Positions 39,401-48,270 of a DNA stretch of 64,000 nt are shown piece after piece. Every line of letters starts with the position of its first letter. The stretch's first letter is position 1. The stretch comes from Iphione sp. A-MEVVRFRX5. Its lineage: Eukaryota. The position numbers and the translations under genes are program-made. The DNA lies in contig OZ320313.1 of assembly GCA_976226885.1 (NCBI GenBank), positions 30,690,001 to 30,754,000 on the forward strand. Reading direction: 5' to 3'. The notes under the pieces were generated by a model. The model was not told the origin of the DNA. It saw nothing but the letters and a program-made list of their open reading frames with translations, and did no database searches.

Positions 39401-42400
39401 ATAAAGGTGAGACAGGTAGACAGACCGAGGAGAGAGATGGAGAAACAAATATGTGAATTCACAGGAAATACAGACAGAACAACAGATATTCAAGCAGACA
39501 GAGAAAGACATACAAAACATACACTTTAGATAAATTACACACAAAACATTGTGAGTGATATTTTAAATCGATTATTACCTGCTACATACGCACTTCAGTT
39601 CTAACGGAGCAATAAACAAGGATGTCAAGTTGGCATCAAAGAAAAAAACGGAACACACATCTGCCATGTAAGCCTCCAATTCTCGGAGTTTTGTAGTGAA
39701 ATTTTTGTGTCCACTGAAACATTTTAAGAGTGCTTTTAAACAAGACTCTTCCTCTACCGAGTTGTGAGGATACCAATACAAGAAATCTGAAAAGAAATAT
39801 TTTTAAATGCGTTTTTTTTTAACAAAAGCAAAGGGATGTCTAGTGACTAACACCCCTCAACAGAGACAGATTTTATATCATTCCCTCTCAAAGACGGAAA
39901 TAGCTGTTGATTATGCACCAGATTACATTTATATGTGCGTGAGGTAGAAACCTGCAGTGACGATCAAGCGAGGGACTGAACGATTCTTCTCTCTCCCTGT
40001 AGTTTGGCTACATCAATATTGAGGAACAGAATTCTCCCTTAAAGAGGATACAGTATCTGCCTAGTCTTATCCTTAATAGTATGGTGAATAAACGTATAAA
40101 ATCGGACAACAGTCGGCGTATGGAGAACAGCGTCTTTATCCCTGAGCTAAGTGTAAAGTGATAAAAAGATTTGGGATAAAAAGGTTACATGAAGGTTCTC
40201 CTAGTTAAACTTCCTTGACCTGGAGCATAACCTCAAGCTTACAGTTCTTTCAATATTGTGATCATACAGGTGTGCTGTTATACTGTTTTCTTTTCCATCT
40301 AAGCATTCCTTCCCATAATGGATTCACTAGACCCACTGGACACTAATTACTACCCAAGCTTGCAGGTCTGATGGAATCTCCTGAGGAGACACGGGTTAAT
40401 CCTTGTGAACAAACGAGCTCCGGGAAGGACCCTCTGCCGACGTGACGCAAAATTCCGTAAACCAATGGACAGGTGATTTAACAAATTCGCGGTGCAACTA
40501 TTTCGTTGAAATATTAAGCAAAAGCACGTGTACGCTGCAGTTTGTACCTAGGAACTTTTGTTTTAAGTCTTAGCCACAAGAATCTTAAAACAACCTTGTA
40601 GATGTGTGAAAATAAACAAATCGAATCTAAAGTGGAACAAAAAAGAGCACCATCAAATAACATAGAAAGAACGCTATGGGAAATGTGTACACTGTCCTAC
40701 AACAAATCTATCGACTTTGGAAGATAATATAAAATAATAATAAAAATAAAAACATGGGGAAATTAACTGGAGTCGGTAGAGGGTCCTTCCCGGAGCTCGT
40801 TTGTTCACAAGGATTATAATAATATTCAAAAATAAGAATTATGCAAAAAGGTTAACGTTACTATGACCAAACCTCACATTCTAATATGAAAACGCATGTA
40901 CAAAATACAAATGCGCGTACAAAGGTGTGTACGAACATACACATATATGTAGAGCAACCCGAGAGTCCACCGGAAGTACACATACACACATACCGAACAG
41001 AAGGAACCAGATTGTGTAGCCTCGCCACATTTTTCACCGCGAGTACGAGAATCTTCAGGTGTCACAGCGCCCATCTATAAATAGAGCGTGAGCCGCTCGA
41101 GCCCCAAGGCCGAGCCAATCAGGCAGGCCACTAATTACTCGCGGTACGTGACACGCTGGCCTTTCCCTCTGGAGGAATCAGCTTGGGGGGAGTGGAGGTT
41201 CAACAGCACATAATTATGTCTAAAACTGGACACAATGTCTTGGGTTCCCCTCCCCCTTCTTTCCTTTTATTACCTCCGACATCCTCATTTCAGTTACGAT
41301 ATCAATTTACTGTTATCTTCCTGCGTTACCTAAGCAATCAAGTGTCGCAAATATTCGAGTTTGGTAACCGAAATGTCAAACAGATGGGAAACTGATATCT
41401 GGCCGACACGGCTACAAAAACGGGCACTAATTGGCAGTTAAACTTGGGAAACATATTAAAAGATTAATAAAGAAACTCTTTTTTTCTAGATCTAGTACAC
41501 ACAATAGTGTGGCGTCATCTCCCCACACTTATATTAAATGAATAACCACCCATTTCAGGATTAATCTGCGTTATGAAAATTAATATTATTGCACTGACTC
41601 GAGTGACTCGACAGTGAACTGTTTAAAGTTCTGCGATTTCATATTAACATTCTGTTTGCAATACAAAGGTATGCTTGTCGGCATGATTTCGCTCACGTTT
41701 AAACAATGTACAGTACTCAGGTTATTTTCTATTCACTGCCAAACAGGACTGATCTGCTGGAATTCTAACCCCATCTCATATTCACAGTCTCACTAGTTCT
41801 TCCAGCTGGAACACAGTGATACATTGTCCGCAGACAGCCGGGTGTTTTCTTGCTGAGGTACGGCAGGAAGATTTATGTTCTAGACTCTTTCAAAAGGCGA
41901 ATGCTTCCTCCTCTTCTCTATAGTACTAATGCTACCAAGGAAAGGAGTTGAAAAATGGCTAGGGAAGTACATGTAGCTAAATGATGGCTTGTCTCGCAGA
42001 GATTCATTGGTATAAAGAGGAAAAATAGATAAGGAAAAAAGCCATACTCAATGGTTTACATGTATATTTTAAAACAACAAACCTATGTTAGTTCAAACAA
42101 CTATTACCTCATCTTTTCGTACCATCAGTATCATCTGTCCTATTTCATCAACACCAAATACACATGTTATCTGAATATTCTAATACGATTCTTCTTTGGC
42201 TTCTCGCTGTATGCAACCCACTTCTTCCTCAATCTTTCCAAGAACTCCATCACCCCTCACTAAACTCTTTCGGATTCTCGTCACGATTCTTCCTGATCTA
42301 ATCCTGGTACTTAATATGAATTCCCATCATAACAGCTTTATAATCATGTGAAGTCTCCGCAAAGTAGCATACAAGGTTTGCTGGGTGTGCTAATGAAACA

Positions 42401-45400
42401 AGCGTCGGTGATTAACAGCTGTCTATAACTGCACAATATTATGTTATTGTTGCTGTAGCGCTCTTCAAATCCTACCTCTTTAGAGGGAGTAGTTAGGTCA
42501 CATTGCCGTGCTTTTGGATTTCACTTATTTTTTTGTTGTATTACGATGAATTCAACTTAAGCACTGTGGACTACCACTGCTTAGTTCGCCGCTTAGTACA
42601 AAATCTCACAGCAAGTGGCATTCAGCTACAGACTGATGGTATTGGCTGCGATGATTAACCCAGCTGTCAACTTCTCCAATTTCATCCGTGGGCTCTCCCA
42701 GTTTCCTCATAAATAAAGATAATTCATGGAATATCAATGGATTTGGACTTGTAACAAATAAACAGGATTCAAGCCAAAGAACTCAGAATAAATACAAAGT
42801 TGCTGACTATACACACAAATCCCAGATGGGCTACGGCTAAACCTACTTGACCGACGACAGGATCGTCATTATAGCTGCACCAGGTTGTATACCTCACGCA
42901 GAAAATGTGAAAAAAGATACCCAGTGGATCAATTACCCACGGGTGGATACAGATAAATTCAAACTTATGAGAATATTCCATCCATATTCAAATGGTGTAC
43001 TGGCATGCCCCATGTATCATTTACCTATGTACAGGTGGATGCAGATAAATTCCAACTTATAAGAATATTTCATCCCTAATGAAATTGTGTATTAACATAG
43101 CCAGTGTATCACTTACCTACAGGTGGATAAAGATTACATTCTAGCTTATAAGAATATTCCATCCCTAATGACTGCTTTTGCCTTAACCTATCATCGCCCC
43201 GCATGCAATGTGCTACTGGTATCTATTGTGGCTATTATATGTGGGTACACACTGATACCCTGGTAGGGGAAACCCTAAACTCCTTTTTGCCGTTGGAACT
43301 TCAGTCTCTATTTCCTTCAACTGCAACATGCTTCTTCCATGCAGATCAAGAACCCAAANNNNNNNNNNNNNNNNNNNNNNNNNNNNNNNNNNNNNNNNNN
43401 NNNNNNNNNNNNNNNNNNNNNNNNNNNNNNNNNNNNNNNNNNNNNNNNNNNNNNNNNNNNNNNNNNNNNNNNNNNNNNNNNNNNNNNNNNNNNNNNNNNN
43501 NNNNNNNNNNNNNNNNNNNNNNNNNNNNNNNNNNNNNNNNNNNNNNNNNNNNNNNNNNNNNNNNNNNNNNNNNNNNNNNNNNNNNNNNNNNNNNNNNNNN
43601 NNNNNNNNNNNNNNNNNNNNTAAATGCGAGGTTTAAAATGCCCATTTGCCCCATACGTATGGCTTCTCTCAAGGCAGTGCCACTAAGCATACACCTCGAC
43701 CAAGGCTATAAGCTTGTTGCCTACAGGCGGCTGCTGTGCTGGTGGAGCCAAATAGCTGCTACTCTTTGCGGTTAGCTACAAGTCACAATGAGTTTATACG
43801 GACCCAACATAATGGTGAGGCTCACAGCTGCTTGACAAAGCAATCGCAAAGACGGGTGTGTACAAACAACCCGACTACGGCTCAGTACTCCGGGAGCATC
43901 GATCACATTCAGAGCGTGTTAATTTTACAGGTGTTGGGACTACAGGACCCATGCCCAAACTGTGCGTCCATATAGACACTCATGTATAATGAACCCGAAA
44001 CGGGTTAGACTTCACTTATCATGGCAACCATGAAGTGACTGAAAGTACTGACAATCAGATGCTAAGTGAAGTAGACTTTGCACTTGAGATATAGTCAGCT
44101 GGATACAGTCACAACCGCACCGCGTGTACCAAAATACATTTGCTGCTAACGGAAACAAACTGGAACTACAGTGGAAAGCCACTTTAGTGTCATGTCTCCA
44201 ATAGGGACATGACTCTATTAGGGCATTTTGGAGAAAAAGAGATTCTAAAAAAAAAAAAAGATTCTATTTGTTCTATATTAATTAAAGGAAGTCTCTAATA
44301 GGGAATTTTTTCTTGCTAATAGGGAAACACATCTCAAATAGAACTAAGGACAAAAGACTTCCAACTACCAGAACTTCCAGATGACTTGGGACTTTATTGG
44401 ACTTAAGTTTACCAGAGCTGCGACGTTTCGTCCACTCACGTGGACTTCATCAGGCTAAATGATCAGAACATGTGCATTGATTTAACTCTATGACTTTGCA
44501 TAGCAACTGTTGTTAAGGTCAGGTGGAGTTAGTGTCCAGTTCAGTAATAGTTTGGTATTTTCAGTTCATGGATATATAAATGTGTGTTATTTAGTACAAT
44601 TTGTGGCAATAATAAACCTGGTAATGTCCTAGAGGATGAATCTTGAATAAAACACAAACAAAGCAAAATAGCTATTTAAGTACCTCAATGATTTACAGTG
44701 AATATTAGCATTTTCTACTTCCCTGAAAATTTGATGCAATGGAGCATGTGTAGACAGTCTGCATATAAATTGTCATTCAGAGCTGCAGCCATTGTCAAAT
44801 AGGGATAGTTTGGGATGGTACTAAGGGTGTCCTAATTAGGGGCTTTTCACTATATTCAACAGAAGTTGTCATGCTAACGGGGCTACTATCAATAAACAAG
44901 CAGTCACTTTGAGCCATCTCTTGAACTTTAAGTGGCGACAGTCAGACCAGAACTGGGAGGTTAACAGTGTGACGATCCCCGTAGACTACAGGCGATGGTT
45001 GATCCACATGTGAACCAACTAAGTATTCTTTGTTCTTTAGCCCAGTTGGGTGACCATCGACGCTGCATTATCCATCCGATAAACACGCTGGTATGGCTTA
45101 ATATGTGATAACGAAACACGTGGATAATCTCATGGTAGTATCTCGTCCATTCTGCTCTCATTCATCTTGGAACAGCAGAGTGATCCTCGGACGCATTATA
45201 GGGTTATTAACTCAATTCCATTTTCCCCGCGTCGAATCACTATCCTTCATCGATGCTCATAAAACCACTCCAATGGTTATATTTCATGGATAGTATGAGT
45301 TATCTTCATTCATCACAAATGGAAATAATTACACAAAATAACTCTAAGTCGTCGTTATCGTAGAGATTTTCACTTTGAATTCCATGGATATTAAGAAATA

Positions 45401-47140
45401 TCCTTCGTTAATATACAAAAATCAAAGGTTTTGTTTTGGCATGAATGACAGTTACAAACGTGAATCACATCATAGCGCTCGTGAGAAAGGTATTCTCCAT
45501 AAATACAAGCATCTGCTACATGGCAGCGATCGAATGGGCTTTCAGCTGGGGGATAAAGGGAGCCCAGGATAGCAAGTATACATATGGCTCGCCTGCCTTT
45601 AACACCAGCCATCCCCACCCCCACCCCCGACGCACACACACACATCCTCCCTCTTCAGTCCTTGCCCCACAATCCACAACCACTGTGGTCTCAGGGAGAT
45701 CGATAACCTCGATCTGCCTGATTGGTGCCTGTATCGATCTCAAATACCAACAGCCGCCCGAGGGTTGAGGTGGGCCTACTGCCTTAACCAATGGCCGGGC
45801 GGGGCTAACCCTTCCGCGTGCGTAATGCCGCCCAACGCTCTTACTATAGCAGGCTGAAAGTGGCGTAGAGGTCAGTGGGCGTTATTGACGGATGGCACTA
45901 GATTGGAAGTGGATTGACAGAATGGTCGTAGTGCAGAAGTAACTGNNNNNNNNNNNNNNNNNNNNNNNNNNNNNNNNNNNNNNNNNNNNNNNNNNNNNNN
46001 NNNNNNNNNNNNNNNNNNNNNNNNNNNNNNNNNNNNNNNNNNNNNNNNNNNNNNNNNNNNNNNNNNNNNNNNNNNNNNNNNNNNNNNNNNAGAAGGATGG
46101 AGGTTTGCCTTAAAACAGGGAAGTCGTACTTTTAGGGAAAGAGAACTGCTCACACCATAAGACTGAGTAGATGCACGGGTGACATAGTGAACGGTTTTCC
46201 GGGAAACGTAAATGATAATCACTGCAGTGAATAGTAAAATATTCTATTCGTAAAAATACTTAGTAATATTTAGTAATGAGGAAATCATGACGGCACCAGT
46301 TTAACTGATAAATAAATGCAGATGGCTGAAGTAAGCAGAATGCAAAGTATTTGCGAGATGACAAGAAACAACCCGTTCACCAGGGACTTTCCCTTTGCAT
46401 ATTAATCAACTTCGAGCATCGAATTCTAGAAACACGAGATGAAAGAGCGATGTTGTACTGACTAAACACACTCGATGATTCTCGCTGATTTGTGAACCTT
46501 TACTGATACTTTATAAAACTCAATCCATAAGATCTTACCCCTACATGTTTGGGTGTTTTATTGTGACAAACCTTAGGCTAAATATCTTTGAAATATGAAA
46601 TACGCAAGAGTTAAGAATTCCTGCGCCTTGAGCAATGAGAGCAAATGACATCCAACTACGTACAAGACCCAGTGCGGCACATATTCAAGTACATTCTGTA
46701 TACATGTACACACCAAGAAAGGCGTACATACGTACATGTATCGATACACGGTGGGGTGGAGGTGTGGATATGCATGGACAAGGATTGGAGAATCCAATTT
46801 TGTTGGTAAATGATTGGGATAGGGATAGAAAACAGAGCAATGGGGTGGGTCAAAGTTTGGGTCAGGGTTCACCACGACGACTTAGTATGGAATGAAGAGT
46901 TCTGGAAGACACAGAGAGACACAGGTATGGAGTTCACACATAGCAAACCCCTTCGGGACAACATGACAGGTAACAAGTGTAATATCACTGCTCAACTTTA
47001 TTGATTTGTGATAAGACAAAAGAGAAGAGCTGGCCGCTTGACTTAAAATGCGGGAGAAAACTTTATGTGAAAATTACATTAGATTCCTTCACACAGGCAC
47101 AATGCATCCTGGTGTGGATCTTACCTGGTACAGCAGCCAT
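366..47140 (-). CDS. ITSN1: Intersectin (ITSN1/ITSN2/Dap160 orthologue), multi-exon, 3' part (SH3 domains) outside window
   Basis: 23 exons with consensus splice sites chain into one frame: [24 protein letters not shown] (EH1), [16 protein letters not shown]...[16 protein letters not shown] (EH2), [11 protein letters not shown]...[14 protein letters not shown] (KLERQ coiled coil). These match the remembered intersectin architecture. Confidence 0.95.
1844..1963 (-). CDS. ITSN1: Probable intersectin linker exon (DLFSFG...[11 protein letters not shown])
   Basis: gttttgtag|...|gtaagt, 120 nt, phase 1-1. Confidence 0.72.
3053..3247 (-). CDS. ITSN1: Probable intersectin linker exon ([12 protein letters not shown]...DATLTQ)
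   Basis: ttggtgtag|...CAAG|gtactc, 195 nt, phase 1-1; an internal alternative donor gtgagc exists at 3197. Confidence 0.6.
4530..5420 (-). pseudogene. DIRS tyrosine recombinase (frameshift at ~4850)
   Basis: ORFs 4847..5674 and 4530..4853: ATSGR, HSTR, GMW, TFKLVY give the R-HxxR-W-Y catalytic set; a 1-nt deletion gives PKVAW* instead of PKVCVVRCL. Confidence 0.9.
5420..7000 (-). pseudogene. DIRS pol: RT + truncated RNase H + MT-like remnant
   Basis: ORF 6052..7344 ([30 protein letters not shown]) and ORF 5699..6040; a stop at 6052 and internal deletions. Confidence 0.9.
7000..9679 (-). pseudogene. DIRS gag-like ORF1, broken by frameshifts
   Basis: Pieces: MDLA...[14 protein letters not shown] (9488-9679), 27-aa repeats (8723-9420), Q-rich ORF 7248..8585, LFGDDL + RG-rich tail (7000-7344). 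Confidence 0.7.
8723..9420. repeat. 81-bp GC-rich tandem array (~9 units) inside DIRS gag
   Basis: ggtcgac-type unit starts at 8723, 8804, 8889, 8970, 9052, 9133, 9214, 9295, 9364. Confidence 0.92.
10146..10619 (-). CDS. ITSN1: Intersectin exon, DW-rich low-complexity linker ending DPFG
   Basis: ORF 10090..10626; tttccaccttgccag|...|gtaagt, 474 nt, phase 1-1. Confidence 0.8.
13425..13622 (-). CDS. ITSN1: Intersectin exon, motif-rich linker ([10 protein letters not shown]...DAW...[12 protein letters not shown])
   Basis: caccaag|...|gtgagt, 198 nt, phase 1-1, open frame. Confidence 0.78.
13969..13976 (-). CDS. ITSN1: Putative 8-nt intersectin microexon ATGCCTAG
   Basis: tctgtgctttttgtcag|ATGCCTAG|gtaatg; bridges phase 2 (14386) to phase 1 (13622). 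Confidence 0.6.
14386..14510 (-). CDS. ITSN1: Intersectin exon, end of coiled coil ([17 protein letters not shown]...IQTPE)
   Basis: gtcgtag|...|gtatga, 125 nt, phase 0-2. Confidence 0.87.
14665..14900 (-). mobile_element. Two tandem orphan DIRS 5' termini
   Basis: 14665-14714 and ~14780-14900 are near-identical to 9880-9929 and ~9805-9928. Confidence 0.85.
14946..15085 (-). CDS. ITSN1: Intersectin exon, coiled coil ([39 protein letters not shown]...)
   Basis: cttccag|...|gtaagt, 140 nt, phase 1-0. Confidence 0.92.
15578..15659 (-). CDS. ITSN1: Intersectin exon, coiled coil ([27 protein letters not shown])
   Basis: ttcaag|...|gtaagc, 82 nt, phase 0-1; this acceptor was chosen because it gives the Q/L-rich frame. 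Confidence 0.75.
16064..16204 (-). CDS. ITSN1: Intersectin exon, coiled coil ([16 protein letters not shown]...FQQDLM)
   Basis: ttcacag|...|gtaaac, 141 nt, phase 0-0. Confidence 0.88.
16568..16717 (-). CDS. ITSN1: Intersectin exon, coiled coil ([20 protein letters not shown]...LETL)
   Basis: tgttcag|...|gtaagt, 150 nt, phase 0-0. Confidence 0.95.
17152..17263 (-). CDS. ITSN1: Intersectin exon, coiled coil ([13 protein letters not shown]...ALEQRE)
   Basis: cctttag|...|gtaaga, 112 nt, phase 2-0. Confidence 0.93.
17634..17784 (-). CDS. ITSN1: Intersectin exon, coiled coil start ([23 protein letters not shown]...)
   Basis: catccag|...|gtgaat, 151 nt, phase 1-2. Confidence 0.94.
18497..18607 (-). 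CDS. ITSN1: Intersectin exon ([18 protein letters not shown]...ELTQP)
   Basis: ccttcag|...|gtaaga, 111 nt, phase 1-1. Confidence 0.8.
18733..18770. repeat. (TCTG)n microsatellite
   Basis: Direct reading. Confidence 0.9.
23271..23928. mobile_element. Possible piggyBac-like non-autonomous relic
   Basis: TTAA|CCCTTT ... AAAGGG|TTAA boundaries only; the TIR is just 6 bp. Confidence 0.3.
24818..25067 (-). mobile_element. ~250-bp termini-only mini-DIRS
   Basis: Begins tagtagattacat...gtgaaatgtagtcatg (as at 63962) and ends tgtatctcag...ggtactaaagt (family 5' end); no ORFs. Confidence 0.75.
25853..26091 (-). CDS. ITSN1: Intersectin exon, EH2 EF-hand + Pro-rich ([22 protein letters not shown]...[12 protein letters not shown])
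   Basis: aacacag|...|gtgagt, 239 nt, phase 2-1. Confidence 0.95.
26514..26577 (-). CDS. ITSN1: Intersectin exon, EH2 ([22 protein letters not shown]), followed by GC donor
   Basis: cttgcag|...ATCTG|gcaagt, 64 nt, phase 1-2, same length and phase as the EH1 counterpart. Confidence 0.9.
26849..26952 (-). CDS. ITSN1: Intersectin exon, EH2 start ([28 protein letters not shown])
   Basis: tttccag|...|gtgcgg, 104 nt, phase 2-1. Confidence 0.93.
27094..27850 (-). repeat. Dispersed repeat (copy A), inverted relative to copy at 57778
   Basis: Long shared blocks with 57778-58364 (e.g. cattcctaatgtcccccc...ctatgagg; gagtgtggacctgtgaggtctattgtcc); contains an N-gap. Confidence 0.8.
29008..29065 (-). 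CDS. ITSN1: Intersectin exon, linker ([19 protein letters not shown])
   Basis: ttcaccag|...|gtaagt, 58 nt, phase 1-2. Confidence 0.82.
30175..30282 (-). CDS. ITSN1: Intersectin exon, Gly/Pro/Met-rich EH1-EH2 linker
   Basis: cccacag|GAGTGATGCAC...TTCG|gtgagt, 108 nt, phase 1-1, open frame. Confidence 0.8.
31866..32835. mobile_element. TA-flanked MITE (Tc1/mariner/pogo-like ends) with internal ~73-bp minisatellite
   Basis: TIR caggagaaactc(g/a)ctttgcgacc, TA both sides; array at 32100-32565; ~92-bp duplication at 32565-32760. Confidence 0.85.
33480..33649 (-). CDS. ITSN1: Intersectin exon, EH1 EF-hand ([29 protein letters not shown]...)
   Basis: ORF 33472..33726; aaaag|...|gtaagt, 170 nt, phase 2-1. 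Confidence 0.95.
34013..34076 (-). CDS. ITSN1: Intersectin exon, EH1 ([22 protein letters not shown])
   Basis: ttctag|...|gtatgt, 64 nt, phase 1-2. Confidence 0.93.
34187..34250 (-). pseudogene. Decayed tandem duplicate of the intersectin EH1 exon ([21 protein letters not shown])
   Basis: Aligns to 34013-34076 together with the upstream intron; the acceptor ctag is kept but the donor reads gactgt instead of gtatgt. Confidence 0.8.
34830..36332 (+). mobile_element. 5'-truncated decayed non-LTR retrotransposon (CR1/L2-like RT)
   Basis: [20 protein letters not shown]...NYRPVSIVP...KLCE, NLRKAFD, FADD (ORF 35593..35994); 3' aataaa then atttgaaatttgaa. Confidence 0.85.
39153..39242 (-). CDS. ITSN1: Intersectin exon, EH1 start ([29 protein letters not shown])
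   Basis: tttacag|...|gtacag, 90 nt, phase 1-1. Confidence 0.93.
40397..40816. mobile_element. MITE-like element with 45-bp terminal inverted repeats
   Basis: 40397-40441 is the reverse complement of 40772-40816 with one mismatch. Confidence 0.7.
40994..41155 (-). promoter_or_regulatory. Candidate alternative intersectin promoter and first exon ([12 protein letters not shown], phase 1)
   Basis: CTATTTATAG (MEF2/TATA-like, 41075-41084), AGCCAATCA (41113-41121), ATG at 41030, donor TTCG|gtatgt at 40993. Confidence 0.5.
42920..43175. repeat. Three degenerate ~90-bp tandem units
   Basis: Recurring ttacc...ggtggat...cttat(a/g)agaatatt(c/t)catcc. Confidence 0.7.
44169..44852. mobile_element. Degenerate TA-flanked MITE hosting the hammerhead fragment
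   Basis: ta|cagtggaaagccac vs reverse complement ta|tagtgaaaagcccc; repeated aataggg motifs. Confidence 0.4.
44416..44456 (-). ncRNA. Minimal type I hammerhead ribozyme (Penelope-type)
   Basis: AGC-CTGATGA-A-GTCCAC-GTGA-GTGGAC-GAAA-CGTC/GC: conserved core, 6-bp stem II with GNRA loop, palindromic ACGT stem III. Confidence 0.75.
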
Positions 47141-47185
47141 TTTTACTGGTTTCGCCTGACCACTTCTAAAACTTCATGGGAATGC
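47125..47185 (-). CDS. ITSN1: Intersectin start exon (5'UTR + MAAVP, ATG at 47140, ends phase 1)
   Basis: aaaATGGCTGCTGTACCAG|gtaaga; upstream acceptor ttttaatgcag; phase matches next exon. Confidence 0.8.
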
Positions 47186-47939
47186 CTGCATTAAAAGAAG
47201 TAAATATTTGAAAAATTATTAAATCTGGTAGAGCGAATGTTTCATTTAACACTAGGGTCAGTGCATAGAACTATTTTGACAATTTTAATGTCTGCATTGA
47301 AACTTCTCTCTGAGGCTTTGAATTCATATTATCTGAACGGTGGTGATATCGCATCTTTATTTGGATGCATCGACATTTTTCTTATACCTACAACTTGTGC
47401 TAAAATTACGATGAATTTCCAGTATACATATACAAAAGATACTACATGTAAGCCATCATTTATAACTACAGTTAAGACTCATTTAACGATATCATCTTTA
47501 ATAAGTTTTCATTACTTCACACGTTCCATCGACTGAATAAGGGTTCACCACATGGTAACTTATGTGTCCATTCTATAAAGTTATGTCATGGGGTTATAAC
47601 TTCTATAAATATACATGTATATGCATAAAACTGAAAAGGAGCATTGACCATGGTTCATATACATGTGTATGCTATAGGTCCAGTTCTTATCCTAAGACAA
47701 GATAAACAGTTACATGGTTACACCTTACAGCTAAGTGATGTCCCAGTCAAATAGCCAGAAAGAGCTTTACTAAGGCCCCTTACTAGACAGAGTGGACCAA
47801 AAATAGTGCTGAATGGGAGGATTCAGCTTGCCAGCGGAAGTGCATGTATAAGATGTGTGGACAAGGTGAGCACATGTATCATACCTCCCTTAAGGACATG
47901 TAGATGTGTTCGTAAATATCACTTTGTTGTCAAAAAACT

Positions 47940-48270
47940 TGCCACAGTAGTAGCGTGATCCACCGAATAGCCTGTGCAACATGTGGTATCCAATATATCG
48001 ACCAAACAACAACAAAAAACTTTAATGAAGAGGTTTCATGGCCACTTAAGCGACACTGAAACCAAAGGAGATACCATACCCTCCAGACACTCAAATGCAT
48101 GCCCACCAGACGTACCAAACAAAATCGCCAGGATAGCAATTTCTGTCCTCTTCTTCAATTAACATCGCCGATGTTCGCAAAGGTCCGACAGAGAGAGCAA
48201 CCAAGAGGAGATCCGCTGGATCGACCGACTAAATACCCTTCTCTCCAGTGGTCTAAATATACTGGATTAA
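47940..48270 (+). mobile_element. Penelope-like element GIY-YIG endonuclease fragment
   Basis: TCHSSSVIHRIACATCGIQYIDQT / KTLMKRFHGH / EEIRWIDRLNTLLSSGLNILD* across frameshifts. Confidence 0.75.

Noticed and set aside
16794-46090. ORFs spanning N-runs (16794-16927, 21570-21722, 27128-27290, 29711-29896, 43359-43620, 45946-46090)
   Set aside because: Artefacts of assembly gaps; small exons could hide there but the phases do not require any
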